Of a stretch of DNA of 64,000 nt, positions 47,581 through 57,347 are shown in pieces. Position numbers and translations under genes: made by a program. Location: contig OZ245365.1 in NCBI GenBank assembly GCA_965226495.1, positions 4,896,001 to 4,960,000 of the forward strand. Reading direction: 5' to 3'. Below the pieces are notes generated by a model, which made no database searches, was not told the DNA's origin, and worked only from the letters and a program-made list of their open reading frames with translations. Positions within the stretch are counted from its first letter, which is position 1. Each line of letters starts with the position of its first letter. The DNA is from Candidatus Marinacidobacterales bacterium (lineage in GTDB: Bacteria; Acidobacteriota; Vicinamibacteria; Marinacidobacterales; DATDRI01).

Positions 47581-49422
47581 TCACTCGCCGTAATCGACGC
47601 TATAAACGGGCAGAGATCCCCAGACTCCCTTGAACTTGGCCTCGCCCACGTAGCGTAAGTACACGGTCTTCTTGGCGCTCGGATCGTAGAACTCTCCGTA
47701 AAGGTCCTGCACCTCGTCATGGCGTGTGAGTGGCAGTACTTCCTCGATGGCGCGAACGGTCTCTCGGCTGACTGCGATTCCCTCGTTGAAGAGAGAACCC
47801 GTTCCATCAATTCTCACGAGCGCCGGGCTCTCTCCCTCGTCAGAGGGCTGGCTATCGGGGTCCCCGTCCTCGGCGCGCTGGGGCGCTTCGTCGGAGACCG
47901 CTTCCTCCGATTTGGAGGCCGAGGATAGTCGGCCCGCCACATTGACATTTCGTCCGATCACGGTGGTGTCTTGGCCACCAGAGCTTCCAATGAAGTGGGC
48001 GAGATAGACTCGTCCATGATGGATGCTAACGCCCATCGTGAATTTCGTCTGACCTTCCTTCCGTAGTTCCGCAATCTTCTCCTGTAACAGGATCGCTGTG
48101 CGGAGGGCGTTGAGCGCTCCATAGCGTGAGCTGTGGCCCGCACCGAAGGTGATCATCATCCCGTCGCCGAGAAACTTATCGACCTCACCACCGAAACGAT
48201 CGATGATCTCGATGAACCGATCGAATACCGCGTAGAGCTCCCGCGTGAGATCGCGCTCCGAGACCAAACCCTCGGAGGTCTTCGTGAATCCACGCAGATC
48301 CAGAAACATCACCGTGGCGTTGACGGCGTTTCCGCTGACCTCCACCGACTCGGAGTAACGGTAGAAGCGAACCGGCCCGAACTGCTCGTAGATCTGCGCC
48401 TCGGTCGTGAGGGACGGAAGTAATCGGATGTGGTCTCGCACGTGAGATATGATCTCAAACCTCTGCACGGCCTGTGCGAGCTCGTCGAACGCGTCCAGCA
48501 GCGTCAACGGATTAACCCCCGCATCCACTTGGGCCTTGAAAACACGGGAGCGCGCCAACTTGCTTCCTAACTCCCAGGCATCGGAAAGAAGATGTCGTCG
48601 CATCTCGGCGTTGAACAGCATTCTCGTCATGTGGGCCGGGAGGAGATAGCTTTGCCTTTCTAGGGATGGAAGATGGCGGGCCACCTTTGCCAAGAAAAGT
48701 GGATCTTCCGTCAGCACGCGCGCCTCAATCTCCTTATAGAGAAGATCGTAGACCTCCGAGAAGACTTCGACCGAAATACGGTAGCGGCTATTGTTGGGAA
48801 GGATGGCCGCGAAATCCACCTCCCCCACATCGGTGAGCGTTAGGGGAAGTTGGTCGTCGATGATGGCGTCGGCCAGTGAGACCTGGACGTACCGACCCAG
48901 CAGGAATCTCAAGAACCCCGGGCGGCCTTGTTCGACCTGCCGGCAGGCGGCCTGCCAAACCTTACGGAGAAAACTTGCCAACAGAGGATGGATGGCGAAC
49001 CTCGCACGCTGCAGAGTCGGCGTCGCCGCGGTGAGGCGGGCCATCACGTCCGCGATCTCTTTGGAGTGAGACAGCCAGAACAAATTTACCAGCCCGACGC
49101 GCCGATCTTGCATGAGGGAATTGACCAGCGTGCGTTCGAGCAGGCCGGCGTAGTCGTCCTCGGCCCGGGCAGGAGCGGGACCGACGCCTTCGCGTTTCGC
49201 TTCTGGACAGATCTCCAGCAGAAGATGAGTTAGATAACCCTGGGCGAATCTTTGTAGGTGGGGGTGATGCTGGACGTAATAGACGATTTCTTCCCGCTCG
49301 GCGAGCTCACCAGCGGGAAGAGGAGGTAGGCTACCCCCGAGAAGCCGCTCGGCTTCTTCCTGGCTACCCTCGATAAATCGGGTCGGGGCGAAACCCTTGA
49401 CCAAGGGAGATGGATACGCCAT
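47581..49422 (-). CDS. Class III adenylate/guanylate cyclase with large N-terminal region
   Basis: FLDLRGFT, DKFLGDG, GRNVNVAGRL. Confidence 0.88.
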   Translation of the reverse strand: MAYPSPLVKGFAPTRFIEGSQEEAERLLGGSLPPLPAGELAEREEIVYYVQHHPHLQRFAQGYLTHLLLEICPEAKREGVGPAPARAEDDYAGLLERTLVNSLMQDRRVGLVNLFWLSHSKEIADVMARLTAATPTLQRARFAIHPLLASFLRKVWQAACRQVEQGRPGFLRFLLGRYVQVSLADAIIDDQLPLTLTDVGEVDFAAILPNNSRYRISVEVFSEVYDLLYKEIEARVLTEDPLFLAKVARHLPSLERQSYLLPAHMTRMLFNAEMRRHLLSDAWELGSKLARSRVFKAQVDAGVNPLTLLDAFDELAQAVQRFEIISHVRDHIRLLPSLTTEAQIYEQFGPVRFYRYSESVEVSGNAVNATVMFLDLRGFTKTSEGLVSERDLTRELYAVFDRFIEIIDRFGGEVDKFLGDGMMITFGAGHSSRYGALNALRTAILLQEKIAELRKEGQTKFTMGVSIHHGRVYLAHFIGSSGGQDTTVIGRNVNVAGRLSSASKSEEAVSDEAPQRAEDGDPDSQPSDEGESPALVRIDGTGSLFNEGIAVSRETVRAIEEVLPLTRHDEVQDLYGEFYDPSAKKTVYLRYVGEAKFKGVWGSLPVYSVDYGE

Positions 49423-49479
49423 GAAGAGAGCTGGGCCGCCTGGGGCTTCCCCGAAAATGACGAGCGCGCCCGGCGCCCC

Positions 49480-49761
49480 CTACTGTTCGTTGTTGATGAG
49501 CTCTTTGAGTTCCTTACCCGGCTTGAAATAAGGGACTTTCTTGGCGGGCACGTCTACTCTCTCACCGGTCTTCGGGTTGCGCCCCTTGCGGGACTCCCGT
49601 TGCCGGATCCGAAAGCTCCCGAAGCCGCGGAGCTCGATCTTATCGCCCCGGTGCAGAGCATTGATGATGCTCTTGAAGACGGTGTCCACGATAATCTCGG
49701 AGTGCTTCTTCGTTAGGTCCGAGACTCTGGAAACCTCTTCGATCAATTCGGCTTTAGTCAT
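49480..49761 (-). CDS. ihfB: Integration host factor beta/HU family protein
   Basis: MTKAELIE, IELRGFGSF, GRNPKTGE; follows rpsA. Confidence 0.9.
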   Translation of the reverse strand: MTKAELIEEVSRVSDLTKKHSEIIVDTVFKSIINALHRGDKIELRGFGSFRIRQRESRKGRNPKTGERVDVPAKKVPYFKPGKELKELINNEQ

Positions 49762-49848
49762 CTTCCACGACTCCTTGTTTGTCCCCAGTTAATTTTGCAA
49801 ATCTAGCTAGGTTTTACTCAAGGTTTGCCAAGACCGAATGGCAAGCGT

Positions 49849-51864
49849 TTACCCCTCGTCTTCCTTACTTGGCTTACTTGACTTACCCGGCTTCCCCGCC
49901 TCACCTGTCTCACTTGGCGACTCGGCCTTTTCATCACCGTTCTCCTCGACGGCCTTAGCGGGCTCGGCAGCCTTAGCAGGCCCAGAGGCCTCGGCAGTCT
50001 TAGCAGGCTCAGAGGCCTCGGCAGTCTTAGCAGGCCCAGAGGCCTCAGCAGTCTTAGCAGGCTCAGAGGGTTCCGACGACTCAGCAGATTCTGCGGACGT
50101 AGTAGACGAAAGCCCCGAGCCACTGAAATCGGCGAAATCTCCCAACGTCGCATTGGGCGAGCCGGAGCTCGAGGACTGCGCCTCATACGTAGCGGGATCG
50201 ATGTCCATGTCGACTGCCCGGATGGAAAGCCCGACCTTGCGTTCGCCTTCACTCATCTTGATGATCTTCATGCGATGGGTCTCTCCTACTTCTAACTTGT
50301 CTTCCGGCTTCTCGACTCGTTCTTCATCCAGCTCGGAAACATGGAGCAGACCCTCGACCCCTTCCTCGATCTCCACGAAGGCGCCGAAGTTGGTCAGGCG
50401 CACAATAGTCCCTTCCACGACGTCTCCGACCTTGCGTCTCTGAACGAACTCCTCCCAGACATCGGTGGCCAACTGCTTCAATCCTAGAGATAAACGCTGG
50501 TTGTCAGCATCGATGTTTAGGACTAACGCCTCGACGGTGTCACCCTTCTTCAGCACTTCGGACGGATGTTTGACTCGCTTGCTCCAGGAAAGGTCGGAAA
50601 TGTGAATGAGTCCGTCGATCCCTTCTTCCACTTCCACGAAGGCCCCGAAGTCGGTCAGGTTTCTAACTTTGCCCTCAATGCGTGAGTTCGGTTCGTACTT
50701 CTCGGCAAGGAGCTCCCAAGGGTTGGGCTCAACCTGCTTCAACCCGAGGCTGATGCGGCGCTCGTTCGGATCCACTTGCAGCACCATGGCCTCGACCGGA
50801 TCTCCAACCGAGAGAACCTTGGAGGGGTGCTTGACCCGCTTGCTCCAAGACATTTCGGAAACGTGGATGAGACCCTCGACACCGGGCTCCAGCTCGATGA
50901 AGGCGCCGTAGTCAGTAAGGCTGACCACTTTGCCTTTGACGCGTACCCCGACCGTGAACCTCTGCGAGACCGACTCCCATGGATCAGGACTGAGCTGCTT
51001 GTAGCCAAGCGAGACCCGCTCCGCTTCTCGGTCGAACTTCAGAACCACCACCTCGACCTGATCGCTGACATTGAACAGCTCCGACGGATGGTTGATACGA
51101 CCGTAGGACATATCGGTGATATGGAGGAGCCCGTCGATACCACCGAGATCGATAAAGGCTCCGTAATCTGTGAGGTTCTTGACCACGCCGCGAAAGACCC
51201 GCCCCGCTTCTAGCGCCTCGAGCGTCTTGCCCTTCCGATCGGACAGCTCCTCTTCCAAGACCACCTTACGGGAAAGTACGATGTTCCCGCGCTTCTTGTT
51301 GACCTTGATGACCCGCATCCGGAGCTCCTGCCCCTTCAAACTCTCCAGGTTGCGGACCGGGCGCACATCCACTTGGGAGCCTGGCAGGAAGGCGCGAACG
51401 CCGATGTCCACCGCCAAGCCACCCTTGATTCGTTCGATCACTCGTCCGGTGACAACTTCCTTGCTCTCGTAAGAGGCCTCGATCTGATCCCACACTTTCA
51501 TCTTCTCCGCTTTTTCGCGGCTGAGGATCAGATAACCTTCTTTGTCTTCCGCTTTTTCGAGCAGGACGTCTACATCGTCACCCACCTCGATGGTGAGATT
51601 ACCGAACTGATCCTTAAATTCTTCTACACGTATGAGGCCCTCGGACTTGTATCCGACATCCACTACCACTTCACTAGACGAGATCTGGAGAACTTTCCCC
51701 TTAACTACCTCGCCTTCTGCGATATTGCTATTGTATTGATCGAGGAGCTTCTCGTACTCCTCAATAGGTATGGAATCTTCAGTTTGGCTGTCTAGCATTC
51801 CTGGGTCTGATAGGCTCCCTTCTTCTTCTATTACACTCTTCTCGACGTCGTTGGTTTCAGGCAT
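49849..51864 (-). CDS. rpsA: 30S ribosomal protein S1 with repetitive C-terminal tail
   Basis: Tandem S1 domains (YGAFIDLG, GLIHVSE); tail with 27-bp repeats PAKTAEASG/E. Confidence 0.97.
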   Translation of the reverse strand: MPETNDVEKSVIEEEGSLSDPGMLDSQTEDSIPIEEYEKLLDQYNSNIAEGEVVKGKVLQISSSEVVVDVGYKSEGLIRVEEFKDQFGNLTIEVGDDVDVLLEKAEDKEGYLILSREKAEKMKVWDQIEASYESKEVVTGRVIERIKGGLAVDIGVRAFLPGSQVDVRPVRNLESLKGQELRMRVIKVNKKRGNIVLSRKVVLEEELSDRKGKTLEALEAGRVFRGVVKNLTDYGAFIDLGGIDGLLHITDMSYGRINHPSELFNVSDQVEVVVLKFDREAERVSLGYKQLSPDPWESVSQRFTVGVRVKGKVVSLTDYGAFIELEPGVEGLIHVSEMSWSKRVKHPSKVLSVGDPVEAMVLQVDPNERRISLGLKQVEPNPWELLAEKYEPNSRIEGKVRNLTDFGAFVEVEEGIDGLIHISDLSWSKRVKHPSEVLKKGDTVEALVLNIDADNQRLSLGLKQLATDVWEEFVQRRKVGDVVEGTIVRLTNFGAFVEIEEGVEGLLHVSELDEERVEKPEDKLEVGETHRMKIIKMSEGERKVGLSIRAVDMDIDPATYEAQSSSSGSPNATLGDFADFSGSGLSSTTSAESAESSEPSEPAKTAEASGPAKTAEASEPAKTAEASGPAKAAEPAKAVEENGDEKAESPSETGEAGKPGKSSKPSKEDEG

Positions 51865-52017
51865 TAAAGTTTGTTACCTCCCTGCGGATTTTTCGTGTGG
51901 CGATCGAGTGAGACTGGAAGGGGCTAATGACAGTGGCTCGCTTCGCCGGTGCGGCTTTGCCGCAAGCCGTTATCCTACTCTATTTTAAGGGCTTGGTCAA
52001 GGCCTGGTCAGGGCCTG

Positions 52018-52710
52018 TTACGGCTGGTTCGGGTGTCGATCCGTAATCCGTGCTCGAGCCAAAAGTTCCAGCCGGTTGAGCGTCTCTTCGAGGCCCAGCC
52101 CGGTGGTATCGACTTCGATGGCGTCGGAGGCCCTCATTAGAGGCGCGTGTTGCCGGGCCTGATCGGCACGATCCCGCTCGCGGAGCTCCTCGCCGACCCT
52201 TTTCTCGGTGACCCCCGGCTCGTCGGCCCGCTCCCGGTACCGCCGGCCGGCCCGGACCGACTCCTCGGCCACCAGGAAGAACTTGACCCCGGCGTCTGGA
52301 AAAACCACCGTTCCGGTATCCCGGCCCTCCAAGACCACCCCTCCGTCCCTGCCGAGCCGCCTCCACAGCTCCATGAGGGGGCCCCGAACCTCGGGAAAAA
52401 CGGCGACCCGGGAGGCGCCCTCGGTGACATCGGTCGTCCGGATCTCCTCGCTGACGTCTTCGCCATCGAGGAAAATCCTCTCGTTATGATCCCCCCCGAA
52501 TCGTATTTGACTGTCTCTCGCGATCTTACCGAGGGACTGGGCATCCTCCAGACTGACTCCGAGCTCTCGCGCCTTTAACGCCACCGCCCGGAAGGTAGCG
52601 CCGGTGTCGAGATAGATATAGCCGAGGCGTTCCGCCAGGCCTCGAGCGGCGGTGGTCTTTCCCGCGCCCGCCGGGCCGTCGATGGTGATGATGAGGTCGC
52701 GTGGGGTCAT
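52018..52710 (-). CDS. cmk: Cytidylate kinase
   Basis: IDGPAGAGKTT, LDTGA, EGRDTGTVVFPDA. Confidence 0.96.
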   Translation of the reverse strand: MTPRDLIITIDGPAGAGKTTAARGLAERLGYIYLDTGATFRAVALKARELGVSLEDAQSLGKIARDSQIRFGGDHNERIFLDGEDVSEEIRTTDVTEGASRVAVFPEVRGPLMELWRRLGRDGGVVLEGRDTGTVVFPDAGVKFFLVAEESVRAGRRYRERADEPGVTEKRVGEELRERDRADQARQHAPLMRASDAIEVDTTGLGLEETLNRLELLARARITDRHPNQP

Positions 52711-53789
52711 TTCTGCTTCGTGTTCGCGGGAGACTTCTTTTTATGTCTCGCCGCTCTTCGCGGCTCGACTTGCCGCTTCGCCGGCTTCGCGGCTGCGCGG
52801 CGGCTGAGGGCTCTCCCGGCCGGGCGGCGGGCGACTGCGCGTGGGCTCAAGGCTGCGCCTTTCTTGGCGCCGGTAGATGATTTTTTGCGGCCGCGTAAGG
52901 ACTTCGATCGATTGCCTGGGGCCCCACCCCCAGGCGCTCGCGGCTTCGCGGCTACGCGGCGGCTGAAGGCTCTCCCAGCGGGCTCCGGCGAGACACGGGA
53001 CGAGAGAAGGCCGGAAATCTCGCTCGGGGTCAGAGGCCGAAACGCTCCCGGAGGAAGGCCTCGATCGTCAAGGAAACCAACCTTCTCGCGGTGGAGCTCG
53101 ATAACCGGATGGCCGAGCGATTTGAATAGTCGCCAGATTTCCCGGTATCGCCCTTCTGTAAGAACGACGCGGAGCCGTGACTTTTGGACTTCTTTGATGT
53201 TCTTCTTTTCGCGCGCGCCCGACTTCACTTTTTTTGTAACCTTGCGAGGCTTGGTCCCGCGGCTTTTCCTGGGCCCGGGGAGCTTCCTGACCGAAGCGAC
53301 CCTGAGCCACTCACCCTCGACCCGGACGCCCGTGTTCGCACGCTCAAGGGTACCAACGCTCGGGCTCCCCCAGACGGTGACCGCGTACGTTTTGCTGAGA
53401 CCGTAGCGAGGATGAGCCACGCGTTGCGCGAAGTCCCCATCATCCGTGAGAAGCAACAACCCGGACGTACTCATGTCCAGCCGACCCACCGGGTATAGTG
53501 AGCGCAGCGAGATCGGCAGGAGCTGCATCACGGTCCGGCGACGACGTGGATCCGATCGCGTGGTCAAGTAACCGACCGGCTTGTTCAACAGTAGATATCG
53601 ACGGGGTCGCTCGGGTCGAACTCGCACACCGTCGACGCGAATGTCGTCTCGGGATGGATCTACCTTCCGGCCGGCTTGGGTCACCACCTCCCCGCCGACT
53701 TTCACCCGCCCCTCAGCGATCATTTTCTCGGCCTGGCGACGAGAGGCGAGCCCGGAACGGGCAATGGTTTTCTGAAGCCGTTCTTCCAT
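52707..53789 (-). CDS. rluB: 23S rRNA pseudouridine synthase (RsuA/RluB family)
   Basis: ERLQK S4 domain, NKPVG, VGRLD; follows scpB. Confidence 0.9.
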   Translation of the reverse strand: MEERLQKTIARSGLASRRQAEKMIAEGRVKVGGEVVTQAGRKVDPSRDDIRVDGVRVRPERPRRYLLLNKPVGYLTTRSDPRRRRTVMQLLPISLRSLYPVGRLDMSTSGLLLLTDDGDFAQRVAHPRYGLSKTYAVTVWGSPSVGTLERANTGVRVEGEWLRVASVRKLPGPRKSRGTKPRKVTKKVKSGAREKKNIKEVQKSRLRVVLTEGRYREIWRLFKSLGHPVIELHREKVGFLDDRGLPPGAFRPLTPSEISGLLSSRVSPEPAGRAFSRRVAAKPRAPGGGAPGNRSKSLRGRKKSSTGAKKGAALSPRAVARRPAGRALSRRAAAKPAKRQVEPRRAARHKKKSPANTKQK

Positions 53790-53832
53790 GGTCGGGTGCT
53801 TGACTGAATGATCGTCGCGGGGCAGAACTGAT

Positions 53833-54570
53833 TCAGTTTCCCTGGGGGTTCTCGTTTTCTGCTTCTTCCTCTCGGGCCTCGCTGGGCTCCGAAGGTGCGA
53901 CCGGTTCGTGTTCTTGTCGAGTGCTGTCGAGCTCGACTGTCTCCTTCATCGCATCTCCAAGTTGGGAAGCAATTTCCTCGCCGAACACTTCCGCCATATC
54001 TTCCAGGTTCGGCAGATCATCTAGATTCTTCAGCCCGAAGCGGATTTGAAACTCTTTGGTCGTCCCATAGAGCAAAGGGCGTCCAACGACCTTCTTGCGA
54101 CCCAGGATCCGAACGAGCTTTTTTTCGAGCAGAGTGCGAACCACACCTGCGGAATGAAGGCCGCGCAGCGCCATAATCTCGGGAACGGTGATCGGCTGTC
54201 GGTACGCGATGACGGCAAGCGTCTCGAGAGCTTGTATCGATAGCCGCGAGGGAGGCTTGGATGAAAACAGCCGGCTTATCCTGTCGTGATACTCGGGGCG
54301 GGTCGTGATCTGGTATCCACCGGCCACCTGCGCTATCTGAAGCCCGCGGCCGGCGCCCTGGTATTGTTCGAGGAGCTCCTGCACCTGTTGCTTGATGCTC
54401 TCCCGCGAGGCATCCGGCAAGGCCTTGGCAAGGTCCTTTAAGGAAAGCGGCTCTTGGGCTGCATAGAGAAGCGCCTCGATGCTGGCTCTAACTTCTTCGG
54501 CTGGGAGCTCACTGGCCGAAGGCTCGACCGGCGCTTCTTCAGCGGGGGTAGGTTCAAGGTGTTCGGTCAC
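53833..54570 (-). CDS. scpB: SMC-Scp complex subunit ScpB
   Basis: LETLAVIAYRQPIT, GRPLLYGTT. Confidence 0.95.
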   Translation of the reverse strand: MTEHLEPTPAEEAPVEPSASELPAEEVRASIEALLYAAQEPLSLKDLAKALPDASRESIKQQVQELLEQYQGAGRGLQIAQVAGGYQITTRPEYHDRISRLFSSKPPSRLSIQALETLAVIAYRQPITVPEIMALRGLHSAGVVRTLLEKKLVRILGRKKVVGRPLLYGTTKEFQIRFGLKNLDDLPNLEDMAEVFGEEIASQLGDAMKETVELDSTRQEHEPVAPSEPSEAREEEAENENPQGN

Positions 54571-55544
54571 TCTGTACGACTCCCGTCGGTAGTGTCGGGC
54601 GGGCGGTCACTAGGTTCAGGGGGCTCGACTTCCTCGACTTCCTTGACATCCTGAACTGGCTCGGCTCGATCGGCAGGCTCAAGAGATTCAGCGGTTTCCA
54701 CGGATTCTACTAGTTCTAGAGGCACAGTCGCCGGAGGGACCGTTTCGTCTGGCCGCGAGACGTGAATCGGCCCGAAGGCCTTGGTTTGAAAGACCCGAAA
54801 GACCCGCAGTCTGACCAGCTCCAGCACGGCAAGAAACGTCACGATGAGAAGCGCGCGGGTGGTGACATCTTCGAACAGCTGCTCGAACGAGATGCTCGTC
54901 CTCGGTGCGACTTTCGCGGTGAGGATCTGAATCATCTCCTCGACGGTGACCGTCTCCCGTTCGAACTTGATATCTTTGCGTCGACTGATGCGTTCGAGAA
55001 CCGAGCGAAAAGCGGTGAGCAACTCGTAGAGATCGACGTCGACGAGCTCCTCTTGAGCCTGGGCACCGGCTTCGAGAAGCGGGGCAACTGCCGTCTCGGA
55101 GCGAAGCCAAACGGCACTTTGCAAGGTCTGCCGCTCGTATAGCATTTGAGCGGCCTCCTTGTAGCGCTGGTACTCGAGAAGCCTTGCCACGAGCTCGTCT
55201 CGCGGGTCTCCCAGCTCGTCCTCGACTCCGTCTTCGTGCGGAGGAGGAAGAAGCATCTTGGACTTGATGTGGATCAAGGTGGCGGCCATGAACACGAAAT
55301 CCCCGGCGACGTTGACATTCAGCTCGTCCATGAGCTCCAAGGTGTCGAGATACTGCTGTGTGATGGAGGCGATAGGGATATCGTAGATATCGACTTCGTT
55401 CTTTCGGATCAAGTGCAGCAGTAGATCCAGGGGACCGTCGAAGGCCGAGAGCTTCACATGATAGCGAGGCTCTGCATTCTGACTCTCCTCGTCGGCGGGA
55501 GGGCCGAGATAAAGCTCGGCGGCATTAATAGACTCTTCGATCAT
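54567..55544 (-). CDS. scpA: Segregation/condensation protein A
   Basis: FDGPLDLLLHLI, FLAVLEL. Confidence 0.95.
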   Translation of the reverse strand: MIEESINAAELYLGPPADEESQNAEPRYHVKLSAFDGPLDLLLHLIRKNEVDIYDIPIASITQQYLDTLELMDELNVNVAGDFVFMAATLIHIKSKMLLPPPHEDGVEDELGDPRDELVARLLEYQRYKEAAQMLYERQTLQSAVWLRSETAVAPLLEAGAQAQEELVDVDLYELLTAFRSVLERISRRKDIKFERETVTVEEMIQILTAKVAPRTSISFEQLFEDVTTRALLIVTFLAVLELVRLRVFRVFQTKAFGPIHVSRPDETVPPATVPLELVESVETAESLEPADRAEPVQDVKEVEEVEPPEPSDRPPDTTDGSRTE

Positions 55545-56527
55545 GGTAGTTTCACCGCGCTACGCACTTCTTTCATCGTCTCACGCGCCACCTTTCGCGC
55601 CTTCTCCGCTCCTTCATCCAGGATCTTCCAGATCTTATCGGGACTCGACTCGAGCTCCTTACGTTTCTCGAGGAACGGTTTCATGCGTGCCACCAAATGA
55701 TCGGCCAGCGCTCCCTTGCAGTCGATACAGCCGATGCCCGCCGTCTGGCACCCCTCGGCCGACCATGCTCTCGTCTTATCATCCGAAAAGACCTTATGCA
55801 GATCGAAGACCGGACAGATATCGGGGCTGCCCGGATCGGTGCGGCGTTTGCGCGCCGGATCGGTCATCATGGTACGAAGCTTCTCCCGAATCGTCGGCTC
55901 GTCGTCGGAGAGACCGATCATGTTGTTGTAGCTCTTCGACATCTTCCGCCCATCGGTTCCCGGAAGCTTCGGGGTCGGAGTCAGCTTGGTTTGCGGCTCC
56001 GGAAAGACCTGTCCATAGAGATTGTTGAAGCGGCGGGCTATCTCCCGGGTCAGCTCGACGTGCGCTTGTTGATCGGCTCCCACCGGGACGACTTCCGCCT
56101 TGTACATGAGAATGTCCGCGGTCTGTAAGACCGGATAGCCCAAGAACCCGTAGGTGTGCAGATCTTTGTCCCGGATCTGCTCCATCTGTTCCTTGTAGGT
56201 TGGGACGCGCTCGAGCCAGGGAAGAGGCACCACCATGGAGAGCAATACGTGCAGCTCGGCGTGCTCGGGTACGTGAGACTGGATGAAGAGCGCCGAGCGT
56301 TCGGGATCGAGCCCCGCACAAAGCCAATCCACCGCCACTTCCAACGTGTATTCTTTGATCCTGCTGGTGTCGGCGTAATCCGTCGTCAAGGCATGCCAGT
56401 CCACGATGCAATAGTACGTCTCGTACTCGTTCTGCATCGCCGCCCAGTTCTCGAGCGCCCCGACCAGGTGCCCGAGATGGAGCCCCCCGGTCGGTCTCAT
56501 TCCAGAAAGTACGCGCTTCCGGGTCAT
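55541..56527 (-). CDS. trpS: Tryptophan--tRNA ligase
   Basis: SGMRPTG.LHLGH, YPVLQTADI, KMSKS. Confidence 0.97.
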   Translation of the reverse strand: MTRKRVLSGMRPTGGLHLGHLVGALENWAAMQNEYETYYCIVDWHALTTDYADTSRIKEYTLEVAVDWLCAGLDPERSALFIQSHVPEHAELHVLLSMVVPLPWLERVPTYKEQMEQIRDKDLHTYGFLGYPVLQTADILMYKAEVVPVGADQQAHVELTREIARRFNNLYGQVFPEPQTKLTPTPKLPGTDGRKMSKSYNNMIGLSDDEPTIREKLRTMMTDPARKRRTDPGSPDICPVFDLHKVFSDDKTRAWSAEGCQTAGIGCIDCKGALADHLVARMKPFLEKRKELESSPDKIWKILDEGAEKARKVARETMKEVRSAVKLP

Positions 56528-57180
56528 GCCATTCCTGCCTGGGCCAAACCGAGGAGAAAAGTAATGATGGGAAACGCAACAAAGCTAAGGACCACCCCGA
56601 TCGCACCGGTCACGATCAATCCGATAAGAATCAGATACCCGTAGGGCTCCATGTACTTGTCGTAAAGTTCGCCCCACTTTCGGGGAAGTCCCCAAGAAGC
56701 GATCCAAGAGCCGTCGAGTGGAGGCACCGGGATGAGGTTGAACACGCCCAAGATCACGTTCAGCCAGATCCCGATCCGGAGCATGAAGACCAATGGGTTG
56801 CTGTAGTCGAAGACGCGAATGGCGACCGCATAGGCCACGGTGAAGATCACCGCCAGCAGGAAGTTGCTGGTCGGACCCGCCCCGGAGGTCATGATCTGTC
56901 CCCAACGGAAGTCGCGGAAGTTGCGGGGCTGAACCGGCGTGGGCTTGGCCCAACCGAAAAGGAATCCCCCGGCAGGGGTGAAGAGCATAATCAAGGGCAG
57001 AAGAACGGTGCCGACGGGATCGATATGAACTACCGGGTTGAGCGAGATCCGACCTTCGCGCGACGCCGTATCGTCCCCCTGTTGGAGTGCCGTCCAGGCG
57101 TGGGCACTTTCATGGACGCTGAGAGAGAAAAGGAGGACGAGGTACTGGGTAATCTTCTCGAAAACAACTTCGGGCTCCAA
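56524..57180 (-). CDS. Site-2 protease (M50 family)
   Basis: HESAH, FNLIPVPPLDG. Confidence 0.93.
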   Translation of the reverse strand: MEPEVVFEKITQYLVLLFSLSVHESAHAWTALQQGDDTASREGRISLNPVVHIDPVGTVLLPLIMLFTPAGGFLFGWAKPTPVQPRNFRDFRWGQIMTSGAGPTSNFLLAVIFTVAYAVAIRVFDYSNPLVFMLRIGIWLNVILGVFNLIPVPPLDGSWIASWGLPRKWGELYDKYMEPYGYLILIGLIVTGAIGVVLSFVAFPIITFLLGLAQAGMA

Positions 57181-57313
57181 AGGGTTCCAATTCCTCCCGG
57201 GCGATTCCTCACACTCTGGGACGTCGGCGGCATGCTAGCACAGCGGGATCTGGCGGTCAACTTCAGACAAATAAAGGATTTAGTCCCTCGAGATGGTCTC
57301 TTCGACCGTTACT

Positions 57314-57346
57314 CCCTCTCCCTCTGGGAGAGGGCCGGGGTGAGGG
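57314..57346. repeat. REP-like palindromic repeat
   Basis: CCCTCTCCCTCTGGGAGAGGGCCGGGGTGAGGG. Confidence 0.8.
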
Positions 57347-57347
57347 T

